DNA of 64,000 nucleotides from a virus. The position numbers and the translations under genes are program-made. The DNA is taken from positions 1-64,000 of IMG/VR virus record IMGVR_UViG_3300045988_162524. One strand, 5' to 3'. Below, piece after piece: positions 1 to 8,802 of the stretch. The notes beneath the pieces were generated by a model. The model did no database searches. It was given only the letters and a program-made list of their open reading frames with translations, and was not told the origin of the DNA. The number at the start of each line of letters is the position of its first letter. Within the stretch, counting starts at the first letter, position 1.

Positions 1-210
1 ACTTTTTTTGTAGTAGGTTTTGCATTAGGGATAGAACTTATTCCTAATGCTGTTATCGCTACAGGAGCTACAGTAGCTTCTATGATGTCAGCTGAATATA
101 AAGACAAGGAACATGGCTCTTTGTTTGATTGGCTAGATATTCTTGCGGGTATGACATATCCTATACTGATTGATATTGTTTGTTTAATTATTTACTTAAT
201 TATAAAATAA
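1..210 (+). CDS. membrane protein, C-terminal fragment (ORF enters from upstream of window)
   Basis: Frame 1 is open from base 1 to TAA 208-210. Translation TFFVVGFALGIELIPNAVIATGATVA...MTYPILIDIVCLIIYLIIK has two hydrophobic stretches. Next ATG follows at 212. Confidence 0.4.
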   Translation, partial: TFFVVGFALGIELIPNAVIATGATVASMMSAEYKDKEHGSLFDWLDILAGMTYPILIDIVCLIIYLIIK

Positions 211-211
211 G

Positions 212-568
212 ATGAAATATATTGTATTACCAAAATCCGTTTTAGACGAAGTTCCACAAGAGACGTTAAATGAGTTGCATTTAGTACCTAGAGTAAGCAC
301 AGATGGGGAATCTGTATTAATGAAAGTCGCAAATTACGAATTACTTTTTCCTCTTGCTGTAACTCTTCCTGAACTAGGAGAAGATACTCCTGTTGAACCA
401 ATATATCCATATCCTACTTATGAAGGAGATGCCCTAAATACTTTATTGCAAAGTAGCGAATGGACTAGTCAAGATAATTCTGTTTTAGGCGAATCTATTC
501 TTGAATCTCCAACGGTGAAAACTACTTCTTCTAAAACAAGAAAGAGTACAAAAAATACCGTGTTATAA
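212..568 (+). CDS. hypothetical protein
   Basis: 118-aa ATG ORF, co-directional, starts 1 nt after the preceding stop. No motif recognised. Confidence 0.55.
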   Translation: MKYIVLPKSVLDEVPQETLNELHLVPRVSTDGESVLMKVANYELLFPLAVTLPELGEDTPVEPIYPYPTYEGDALNTLLQSSEWTSQDNSVLGESILESPTVKTTSSKTRKSTKNTVL

Positions 569-578
569 AAAATATTAT

Positions 579-586
579 TATCTTTG
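579..586 (+). promoter_or_regulatory. Bacteroidota-type -7 promoter box TATCTTTG
   Basis: Matches TAnnTTTG, intergenic, 30 nt upstream of ATG 617. Confidence 0.45.
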
Positions 587-616
587 TATAAAGATTAACA
601 AAGAAATATAGAAATA

Positions 617-1006
617 ATGGATTGGTCAAATATTATACAATTAGCATTAGCTATAGGGGGAAGTGGGGGAATATTGACAGTATTGATAGCTTTCTATAAA
701 GCACGTCCTGAAAAAATATCCTACGAGGTAAAAACTCTTCGTGAAATAATAGAAACTATAAAGAAAGAGAGAGAAGAGGACAAGCTAGAGGCTGCACAAG
801 AAAGGCAAAAATTGGAACGAAGATTAGGTGAAATAGAAATAACCAATTCTGTATTACAGAAAGCTATTCAACAATGGGTTAAATGTTCCCATTTACCAAA
901 AGATGCAGTGTGTCCCGTATCTGATTTCGTAGACCGAGCCGAAGAGCTAATAACTAAAAAGGTAGAAGCGTTGCGCCAATCCATGAAAGAAAATAATAAA
1001 GAATAA
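617..1006 (+). CDS. membrane-anchored coiled-coil protein
   Basis: N-terminal TM helix IIQLALAIGGSGGILTVLIAF followed by a charged heptad-rich region. Architecture only; no family recognised. Confidence 0.6.
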   Translation: MDWSNIIQLALAIGGSGGILTVLIAFYKARPEKISYEVKTLREIIETIKKEREEDKLEAAQERQKLERRLGEIEITNSVLQKAIQQWVKCSHLPKDAVCPVSDFVDRAEELITKKVEALRQSMKENNKE

Positions 1007-1011
1007 AGAAC

Positions 1012-1043
1012 CCCACTACGCAAATGTCGATAAACGTAGTGGG
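1012..1043 (-). terminator. intrinsic-terminator-like hairpin oriented for leftward transcription
   Basis: 9-bp stem cccactacg/cgtagtggg. The U-rich run is on the - strand side only (complement of 1001-1011); on + the stem is followed by A6. Confidence 0.4.
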
Positions 1044-1082
1044 AAAAAATGTCCTTATCCAAAGCCATATAATAAACACATA

Positions 1083-1117
1083 CAAATATACGGCTTTATT
1101 TTAAAATAGCAAATATA
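1083..1117 (-). promoter_or_regulatory. two leftward-facing TATATTTG boxes
   Basis: Reverse complements of 1083-1090 and 1110-1117 are both TATATTTG, in the intergenic space before ATG 1118. Confidence 0.35.
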
Positions 1118-4100
1118 ATGGTAGAAAAGTTACTTATATATACTGATGATGAGGAATTAGGCGTTATATCTTTCCCTAAAGATGGGACGCAAGCTGCCCT
1201 TAGTAGTTATACATTCACCGAGGGAAGAATGGGTAGCGTAAATATAAGTAGCAGTCTCATGTATCCTAAGTGCTTGGATGATGAATGGACACAGAGGGAA
1301 TTTGTGGAATTTAGGGGAGAAAGATATTGGATTTTAGATACACCTACTTCATCTAAGTCAAATACAGATTTAAGATATAAACATGAGCTTGTATTTAAAT
1401 CCGATAGAACTAAACTGGATAATACTTATTTTTTTGATGTAGTATCTCCTGATGCAGGTGATGTAGACCAATTTGTCAGCAATAGTACAAAGTTCACCTT
1501 CTTTGGAGATATTGCAGAGTTTGCAACAAGATTGAATTACTCTTTACAATACAGTGGAGTAGGTTATTCTGTTGTAATTGACGAAGGTATATCCTCCGAA
1601 GCTAAACTAATGTCGTTTGAAGACAAGTATTTTAGTGAAGTTCTACAAGAAGTATTTAATGTTTATGAACTACCTTATTATTTTGTCGGTAAGGTAATCC
1701 ATATCGGATTTACTAATAATGCTATTACTCATACATTTAAATACGGTTATGATAGGGAACTACTGACAATAACCAAAACAAACGCCAACTATAAAATAGT
1801 TAATCGCTGTACAGGTATCGGTAGTACTGAAAATATTCCTTATTACTATCCCAATGATACAAGAAAGACGGAAGTTGGAGTAGAAGCTGACCCAAATAAC
1901 GTTTCTATTAAGCAAGCTGATATTACCATTGTTAATGAAGATAAGTTCAAAAAGAACGTTTCTATCAATGAAGAAATTTCATATAACGAAGTCGATTATA
2001 CTGATGCAGCAGCTTTAGCTTACAATGCTTTTACCTTTGGTCTTTTCATGGATCAAGGCTACATTAATCCATATACTGAAAAAAATAGAGTATATCTTTC
2101 TGTTACAAAAACAGATAGTGCAGGTGAGCGTTATTGGGATGGATATATGTATTTATCCCTAAGCGTAAAAAAGGCTGGTAAATATTGGTTTTCTTATAGC
2201 TGTTTACAGACTAGAGAACATAAGAATCCTGATGCAGAAAAACCTTATACTTGGCGACCAACCGATGTTATTATTACCTTTAATGAAAAAGGCGGTAGTT
2301 CTATTCCTTTTTCATACAGAGGAACATACGAATTAGATTTAGGCGAACTTGAAGTTAAAGAATATCTATTGACTTTCCAATTCCATTATAGAAGAAAAGA
2401 ATACATTGATTACACAAATGTATATTTTATTTTTTATGATACTCATTGGAGATATTTTGGCAAAAATTGGAATCATAGAGGAGAAGTTATACCATTGGAC
2501 AGAATAGGTATATCTATCACTAAACAACCAACTGTAGGAGATAGATTCAAGCAAATTAAGATTGAGAAGGATTATATGATTACTTCTCCTAATCTATTGC
2601 CATCTATATACAGAGATACGTTTGGTGCAGAACGATTCTATGACGCAAAAAACCAAACCTATATAAATCCTGATACAGGAAGCTACTACGACTTCGAGAA
2701 CCCTTATACGGAAGGTAATCCTAAGGAAATGATTGTTTCCTTTGACTATATCAAGCCAACTATTAAAGGTATTGAAAATGCAGCAGGATATAAAATAGGA
2801 GAAATATTAGATGTAGCTTTTGATGATGATGATAACGATGAAATAGACCCTAACACAAATGAATACGAACATAAATATTTCTACATAAAGCTAAGAAAAT
2901 TTGATGGGGATTATGGCTTTAATCTCTTTGACCAAGCTATCGTAGGTAGTGATATGACCATCTCAATGACGAGTGGTAATTGTGCTGCTTGTAATTTTGT
3001 CATATCCGTATTAGAAGTAGAAGATAAAGACAATAATATCACAATATTCAAGAATCCTGTACAAGTGGATTCTAGTGGCAATATTGTAACAGGTAGTGAG
3101 GATGATAAATGGAATGAGGCAAATATTCAGCCTCAACAACAAGATACAACCACAAATGAGGTATGGATTAGGGTAAGCAAAGATGATGATACATTCGGAG
3201 TTGTAATGCCATCTAACAACCGCAACTATAAGCCTAAATCAGGAGATTCGTTTGTTCTGTTACATATTGATTTGCCTAAACAATATATCCTTAATGCAGA
3301 GAATGAGCTTAAAGAAGCTATCATTAAGTATATGGCTGCCAATAATAGTGAAAAATTCAACTTCTCTATTAACTTTAAGCGTATATTCTTTGCTGAATAT
3401 CCTGAAATGCTTTCACAGATTGATGCTAATGCACGATTGCAGATAGAGTATAACAACAAGCTGCATGAACTGTATATCAGTCAATACACTTATAAGGTAA
3501 ATGAGACAGACCCTCTTCCTGAAATTACGGTAGAATTATCCGATACCATAACGATACGTAAAGGTAATGTCCAAAAATCTATTGATGCTGTAAAACAGGA
3601 TATTATGTCGTCTATCGGTTCTATCGACTTTTTAAAGATGGGACTGAAATACTTTATTAGAAAAGATGTTGATGATACAGCTAACGGACATATAATATTT
3701 AAAGACGGGATTTATGTTACTGGGAATAGCGAGGAAGGAGCTACCGATTTCCTGCGTGAAGGTGGCATAGATAATATTCAAGAGGGTAACGGAGATTTCA
3801 TACAGGAAGATTCCGGGATTATCAAAGCTGTAGAAATTCCTCAAACTCTTGGTAGTTTATATAATGTCAATCCTATTGTAGATGAGATTGCTACAGAAGA
3901 TGTCGTACTTGTAAAAAAAGTTGGTTCTACGGAATGGACGCAGGAAAGAAAGAGTATGACAGAAGGCATAACTGATGCCCCAAGCAATAACATCTTATAT
4001 GGTCGTAAAAACAAAGAGTGGATTAAAGTTCCTGACACTCCGACAAAACTTCCTAATCCTAATGCTCTTTCTTTTACAGGTGCAATACAAGCTATATATG

Positions 4101-4819
4101 ATGGTTCTGCACCAATTACAGTTAACATACCGACAGGTGGCGGTGGTAGCATAACAATAGACGACCACTTGGATTTAAATTCAACAAATGCAGTGCAAAA
4201 TAAAGTTGTAACTATGAATATAAATGAATTAATGGACGAGGTATTTAAAATTTCGTTCGATACTTTTGTTGGCGGAGGAACTTTTGAAAAGGGATCAGTT
4301 GTTACTCCGTATATTTTTTGGTCTATTTTATATAAAGATGAAGAAGTTGTGCCAACAACTGCAACCGTAAATGGGAGCACGGAAGGAGTTAATGAGGAGA
4401 AATCCAAATATTCGTCTCCTACTACAATTACTACAGATAAAAATTATAAAGTGATTTGTACTTACGGAAGCCAATCTATTGAAAAAACAGCAAACTATAT
4501 TTTTTCTTTGAAAAAGTATTGGGGCGCATCTTCTGTAACTGAATTGACCAATGGTGATGTGATGTTAATGAATAACGGATGGGCTAGTCGTACTATGGGG
4601 AAAACGACTTTTGATTGTACAGGTGGGAAATATATTTATTACATTATACCGTTTGATATTTATGGAGAAGGCGTTAGTTTTTGGATAAACGGTTTCAAGA
4701 ATACCGATGTTATTGTCTATGATATGGAAATAACAAATGGTAAAAACGTAACTGAAACATACAAAGTAATGCGTCTAAATAACATTCAAACTGGGATTCT
4801 AGAAGTTGAATTTAAATAA
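1118..4819 (+). CDS. large tail / host-specificity structural protein
   Basis: 1233-aa ORF. N-terminus looks like phage minor-structural/tail-tip protein N-termini (by eye). Acidic DDDDNDE linker. C-terminal ~190 aa are paralogous to the C-terminus of ORF 4828-6870. Confidence 0.7.
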   Translation: MVEKLLIYTDDEELGVISFPKDGTQAALSSYTFTEGRMGSVNISSSLMYPKCLDDEWTQREFVEFRGERYWILDTPTSSKSNTDLRYKHELVFKSDRTKLDNTYFFDVVSPDAGDVDQFVSNSTKFTFFGDIAEFATRLNYSLQYSGVGYSVVIDEGISSEAKLMSFEDKYFSEVLQEVFNVYELPYYFVGKVIHIGFTNNAITHTFKYGYDRELLTITKTNANYKIVNRCTGIGSTENIPYYYPNDTRKTEVGVEADPNNVSIKQADITIVNEDKFKKNVSINEEISYNEVDYTDAAALAYNAFTFGLFMDQGYINPYTEKNRVYLSVTKTDSAGERYWDGYMYLSLSVKKAGKYWFSYSCLQTREHKNPDAEKPYTWRPTDVIITFNEKGGSSIPFSYRGTYELDLGELEVKEYLLTFQFHYRRKEYIDYTNVYFIFYDTHWRYFGKNWNHRGEVIPLDRIGISITKQPTVGDRFKQIKIEKDYMITSPNLLPSIYRDTFGAERFYDAKNQTYINPDTGSYYDFENPYTEGNPKEMIVSFDYIKPTIKGIENAAGYKIGEILDVAFDDDDNDEIDPNTNEYEHKYFYIKLRKFDGDYGFNLFDQAIVGSDMTISMTSGNCAACNFVISVLEVEDKDNNITIFKNPVQVDSSGNIVTGSEDDKWNEANIQPQQQDTTTNEVWIRVSKDDDTFGVVMPSNNRNYKPKSGDSFVLLHIDLPKQYILNAENELKEAIIKYMAANNSEKFNFSINFKRIFFAEYPEMLSQIDANARLQIEYNNKLHELYISQYTYKVNETDPLPEITVELSDTITIRKGNVQKSIDAVKQDIMSSIGSIDFLKMGLKYFIRKDVDDTANGHIIFKDGIYVTGNSEEGATDFLREGGIDNIQEGNGDFIQEDSGIIKAVEIPQTLGSLYNVNPIVDEIATEDVVLVKKVGSTEWTQERKSMTEGITDAPSNNILYGRKNKEWIKVPDTPTKLPNPNALSFTGAIQAIYDGSAPITVNIPTGGGGSITIDDHLDLNSTNAVQNKVVTMNINELMDEVFKISFDTFVGGGTFEKGSVVTPYIFWSILYKDEEVVPTTATVNGSTEGVNEEKSKYSSPTTITTDKNYKVICTYGSQSIEKTANYIFSLKKYWGASSVTELTNGDVMLMNNGWASRTMGKTTFDCTGGKYIYYIIPFDIYGEGVSFWINGFKNTDVIVYDMEITNGKNVTETYKVMRLNNIQTGILEVEFK

Positions 4820-4827
4820 TAAGAAAA

Positions 4828-6870
4828 ATGGCAGAATTAAAAGGAACGCAGGTCGCTGCGATAGTAGTTCCATTCACCGATGCTGATAAATACGCAACAC
4901 ATGATGCGGAGTATGGGAAAGGTGGTTTTAGGAGTGTAGAGACTATAGCTCTACGGGACGCAATATCTACGGAGAGAAAAACCAAAGGTATGGTTGTTCG
5001 TGTAAATGAAACAGGACTACATTATTATTGGAATGGGAGTGCATGGACTGAATGGTTACCGAAAGGTACAATGTTAGTAGACGCAATGTTTGATATTAAT
5101 AGTACTAACCCCGTACAGAACAAGGTTATTACTACAAGAATAAATGAACATGCGGCAAAATTTGATGATATTTATAGTAAAATAGAAAATATTCCTATTA
5201 TTACTGTTGATACAGTATGGAACGCAACAAGTAACAATCCGGCTTCATCAAAGGCGATAGAGAGTACTATTTCACCTATAAGAACTACGGCTAACGCAGC
5301 CATTCCTAAAAGCTATATTGATACAACTTTGGACAGTAGCGCATCAGATACAAGAGTTCCTAGTACAAAGCTATTACATACAACCGCTACAAATATATCA
5401 ATAGCAATACAGAGCGTACTAGACCGTGCTGTTCAAGCTTATAATATAGCAAATGCGGCTATCCCAAAATCTAAAATAGATACTAGTATTGATGGAACAG
5501 AAACAGCACATGATGCCATTCCATCTGTAGCTGCTACAGTCACTTATGTCAAATCACAGAGAACTGCGATAAATGGAAGTATAAATTCCGTTTCAGGAAG
5601 AGTTACTACTCTTGAAACATGGAAGAACGGCATAGGTAATAAAGGTGCGGCAAATGGCGTTGCAAGTCTTGATTCTGGTGGTAAAATTCCAGCATCTCAA
5701 CTTCCGGCAGGATATGATAACGTTGACAAGTTAGTAGCATTTGTTACAACTAACCCTAGTTCTGGAATGACTATCGGGCAGAAATGGTATAATACTACTA
5801 CTAAGAAGATATTTACTGCAACAAGTGCTACAAGCGGTTCTGTATCTGACCCTATTGGTAATGATATGATTTATATTGACCAAAATGCAAACAAATCGTA
5901 TTATTGGACTGGTACGGATATGGTTAATATCGGTAGCGGAAACGCTTTGGCTTTAGGTACAACTTCTTCTACCGCTTTCCGAGGTGACTATGGTAACACG
6001 CTTTATACAAATTTTGGTAGTGGTACTAATCTAACAGGAACACAAGCTGCACGTGATTTTTTCCATAATATGTCGTTGTTTAATTCATTAGCGAACACAA
6101 GCATATTAAAGGATTTGGTTGTTCAACCGGAAGCCAATTTTGTTAGATTACAAAATGATATAGTATATTTGATTGGAGAGGTTAATACTGGCGATGGATA
6201 TGATATACCTGCCGCTACAACTACAAAAGCAGGTGTTATGACAGCAGATATGTACAAGACCCTGCAAGAGATAGAATTGGCTACATTCCCTCTATCGTTA
6301 ACTGCTAGTGGTGGAGGTACTTTTGAAGTAGGGTCAAGCAATAAAAATGCAATAGGTATAATTGTAACCAGAAAAGGAACAGATGTCACTTCTAGTTCGA
6401 CAATAACAGTAACAGCATCAGGAAGTGTGACAGGTTCGCTAAGTTCTGATAAAAAAACTTGGACACCATCAACAAATATATCATCTAATACTTCTGTTGC
6501 AGTTAAGGCTACCTACGGTTCACAAAATGCTACAAAAACTGTAAATTATACTTTTAAATATAAAAAGTATTGGGGTACATCAACTAGTGCTTCTCTAACT
6601 TCTTCCCAAGTTATTGCATTAGCAGGAAGTACATGGGCTGATTCAAAAGCTATGGGCGCAACTACTTTTGACTGTACAGGCGGAAAGTATGTCTATTATG
6701 TAATACCATCTTCATTAGGAACTCCCGAATTTTGGGTAGGAGGACTAAAAAATACAGATGTCGTTACTACAAGTGCTACTGTAACTAATGCATCAGGAGG
6801 AAGTACTACATACTCAATTATGCGGCTAGCGAATATTCAGACAGGAGTCCTCTCTGTACAATTTAAATAA
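4828..6870 (+). CDS. tail fibre protein
   Basis: 680 aa, Ser/Thr/Ala/Asn-rich repeats. N-terminal MAELKGTQVAAIVVPFTDADKYATHD...GGFRSV is shared with ORF 6922. C-terminal KKYWG...TFDCTGGKY...NIQTG module is shared with ORF 1118. Confidence 0.75.
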   Translation: MAELKGTQVAAIVVPFTDADKYATHDAEYGKGGFRSVETIALRDAISTERKTKGMVVRVNETGLHYYWNGSAWTEWLPKGTMLVDAMFDINSTNPVQNKVITTRINEHAAKFDDIYSKIENIPIITVDTVWNATSNNPASSKAIESTISPIRTTANAAIPKSYIDTTLDSSASDTRVPSTKLLHTTATNISIAIQSVLDRAVQAYNIANAAIPKSKIDTSIDGTETAHDAIPSVAATVTYVKSQRTAINGSINSVSGRVTTLETWKNGIGNKGAANGVASLDSGGKIPASQLPAGYDNVDKLVAFVTTNPSSGMTIGQKWYNTTTKKIFTATSATSGSVSDPIGNDMIYIDQNANKSYYWTGTDMVNIGSGNALALGTTSSTAFRGDYGNTLYTNFGSGTNLTGTQAARDFFHNMSLFNSLANTSILKDLVVQPEANFVRLQNDIVYLIGEVNTGDGYDIPAATTTKAGVMTADMYKTLQEIELATFPLSLTASGGGTFEVGSSNKNAIGIIVTRKGTDVTSSSTITVTASGSVTGSLSSDKKTWTPSTNISSNTSVAVKATYGSQNATKTVNYTFKYKKYWGTSTSASLTSSQVIALAGSTWADSKAMGATTFDCTGGKYVYYVIPSSLGTPEFWVGGLKNTDVVTTSATVTNASGGSTTYSIMRLANIQTGVLSVQFK

Positions 6871-6882
6871 TTATTTACAAAT

Positions 6883-6890
6883 GGGGGGGG
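6883..6890. repeat. G8 homopolymer tract
   Basis: atgGGGGGGGGc in the 51-nt spacer between two fibre genes, followed by ctctctctcc. Very unusual in this AT-rich DNA. Confidence 0.9.
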
Positions 6891-6921
6891 CAAAATCGCT
6901 CTCTCTCCAAAATATAATCTT

Positions 6922-7812
6922 ATGGCAGAAGTTAAAGGTACAAATGTTGCATCTAAAATAGTTCCCTATACTGATTCAGACGAATATGCTACTCATGACG
7001 AAAAATATGGTGTAGGAGGATATAGAACAGTAGATAGTGTAAGCGAGATGAATGCTATTCCTGCTGCAAGAAGAAAAGAAGGAATGCTAGTATATGTAAA
7101 AAATGATAGATATTACAGGTTAAATTCTAGCAATACATTTGAGGATGCAGGAATAGGAAGTAGTGGTGGAGGTGATATATATATGGTTAATACTGATAAT
7201 TTAAATTTTGAATTAATATCAGATGGCAAGGCTGCAACCGATAATGAATTGGCAGAAGTAATGACTATTTTAGAAAGATGGGGGTTTAAAGTTATTCCTC
7301 TTTATTTACAAACTAGTGTTGATAGAAAAGGCTATGTAGGTGTATTGAATTTTAGCATAGTAGATGGTTCTGATGTGGTTTTTAGTATTCCATATAATGA
7401 TGCTATAACTTTATATTCTTTAAATCTAAGTACAAATAATTGGTCTGTATTAGATATAAGTGCTGGCGGTGGTGGAAGCGGCTTAGATTGGGATTCAGCG
7501 CATTATTTCTCTCAAAACGGTTATCAAAAGTTCAATAATGGGCTGATGTTGCAGTGGGGAACAAGAGCCGGAGCAACAAACGGAGCAATTAATCTTTATT
7601 TCCCTCAAAGTTTCTATAATACTAGTTATAACATTTATTTCACAGGAGCAGTAAATAATACAAGTGAATCTTTTATATATGCTCCGGGGTATGACCTTAA
7701 TGGTAAATATACATCATATTGTAGAGTTCTCACTCGTGGAATAAATTCAACTCCTGCTATCGTTTGGACGAGTTGGAATTTTACATGGTTTGCGATCGGA
7801 CGTTGGAAATAA
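6922..7812 (+). CDS. short tail fibre protein
   Basis: 296 aa. N-terminal ~60 aa are homologous to ORF 4828. Gly runs; C-terminal beta-rich domain ending WFAIGRWK, resembling fibre-tip domains. Confidence 0.65.
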   Translation: MAEVKGTNVASKIVPYTDSDEYATHDEKYGVGGYRTVDSVSEMNAIPAARRKEGMLVYVKNDRYYRLNSSNTFEDAGIGSSGGGDIYMVNTDNLNFELISDGKAATDNELAEVMTILERWGFKVIPLYLQTSVDRKGYVGVLNFSIVDGSDVVFSIPYNDAITLYSLNLSTNNWSVLDISAGGGGSGLDWDSAHYFSQNGYQKFNNGLMLQWGTRAGATNGAINLYFPQSFYNTSYNIYFTGAVNNTSESFIYAPGYDLNGKYTSYCRVLTRGINSTPAIVWTSWNFTWFAIGRWK

Positions 7813-7828
7813 TTTAAAAACAAATATC

Positions 7829-8377
7829 ATGAAATATTGGAAACAAGGATTTTACGATGAACCGATAGAAGGTTCGGTAGAAATAACAGACGAATATTGG
7901 CAAACATTACTTGATGGACAAAGCGAAGGTAAAGAAATAGTTGAAGATATCAATGGTCATCCGATTCTTCAAGAACACGTTTTTACAATCGAAGAAGTCA
8001 GGGGTCAAATTTTGAGCAATATACGTTCATACGATAAATCAGAATATGTAAATAGCTTTTCTTTGAATGGAGACAATATTTGGCTCGACAAAGATTTACG
8101 TGTATCTATAGCCAATACTGTAGCTATAAAGAAAGATAAGAATATCGAAAAATCAAGTATTTGGTATAACAATAAGGAATATATGCTCCCTGTTGATTTT
8201 ATATTAGATATGTTAGATGATGTGGAGATATACGCTGATACTTGTAATAGTGTAACACAAAAACATATAGCTAATGTTAAGGCTATGACAGATATAGATG
8301 AAATTGATAATTACGATTATACTTTAAATTATCCAACTAAATTAAAATTTGACTACAATGAAAAAAATATTTTATGA
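7829..8377 (+). CDS. hypothetical protein in fibre cluster (possible fibre accessory protein)
   Basis: ATG 7829 (MKYWKQGFYDEP) is preferred over the TTG at 7790, which overlaps the fibre stop. Function guessed from position only. Confidence 0.5.
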   Translation: MKYWKQGFYDEPIEGSVEITDEYWQTLLDGQSEGKEIVEDINGHPILQEHVFTIEEVRGQILSNIRSYDKSEYVNSFSLNGDNIWLDKDLRVSIANTVAIKKDKNIEKSSIWYNNKEYMLPVDFILDMLDDVEIYADTCNSVTQKHIANVKAMTDIDEIDNYDYTLNYPTKLKFDYNEKNIL

Positions 8378-8801
8378 TTCCAAAATAGCTAAGACTATTT
8401 TATTTGATGGCTATTCAACAATAACAATATTTGCTTGGGTATTGACTATATACAAGAAACTGAAACAAGAAATAATAAACCATGAATGTACTCATGCTAG
8501 ACAATGGATAGAACTTACAGTTTCATCCGGCTTATTGCTTTGGATTGGGCTACTTATTTGGGATTATTCAGCATGGTATTTGGCTTTATCGCCCATTATA
8601 TTCTATTTATGGTACGGTTTGGAATATATTATTAGGCGTGGTATTGGTTTATTCTCTTCAAAGACGGGAGATAAACAACATATAGCTTATAGAGAAGTAT
8701 CTTTTGAACAAGAAGCTCGATTGGCTGAAAAAGATAATAATTATCTTGAAAACAGCCATTATTATGCATGGATGAAGTTTATAATCAAAACTAGAAAGTA
8801 A
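8349..8801 (+). CDS. polytopic membrane protein with HExxH motif
   Basis: NHECTHARQW (HExxH) followed by 2-3 hydrophobic helices and FEQEARLAE. An alternative start is ATG 8358. Confidence 0.5.
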   Translation: MTTMKKIFYDSKIAKTILFDGYSTITIFAWVLTIYKKLKQEIINHECTHARQWIELTVSSGLLLWIGLLIWDYSAWYLALSPIIFYLWYGLEYIIRRGIGLFSSKTGDKQHIAYREVSFEQEARLAEKDNNYLENSHYYAWMKFIIKTRK

Positions 8802-8802
8802 T

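Noticed and set aside
3841-4407. 188-aa ORF antisense to the large tail gene (also 3226-3459, 6123-6389, 8658-9035, 9531-9740)
   Set aside because: It is fully nested antisense to well-supported long ORFs. Its S/T/V/P-rich low-complexity translation is what the complement of the sense codons produces. There is no promoter box or start context.
4250-6867. Diversity-generating retroelement targeting the fibre C-termini
   Set aside because: No reverse-transcriptase-like ORF lies in the window. The two C-terminal modules are diverged paralogues at the protein level, not a near-identical template/variable repeat pair with adenine-specific differences.
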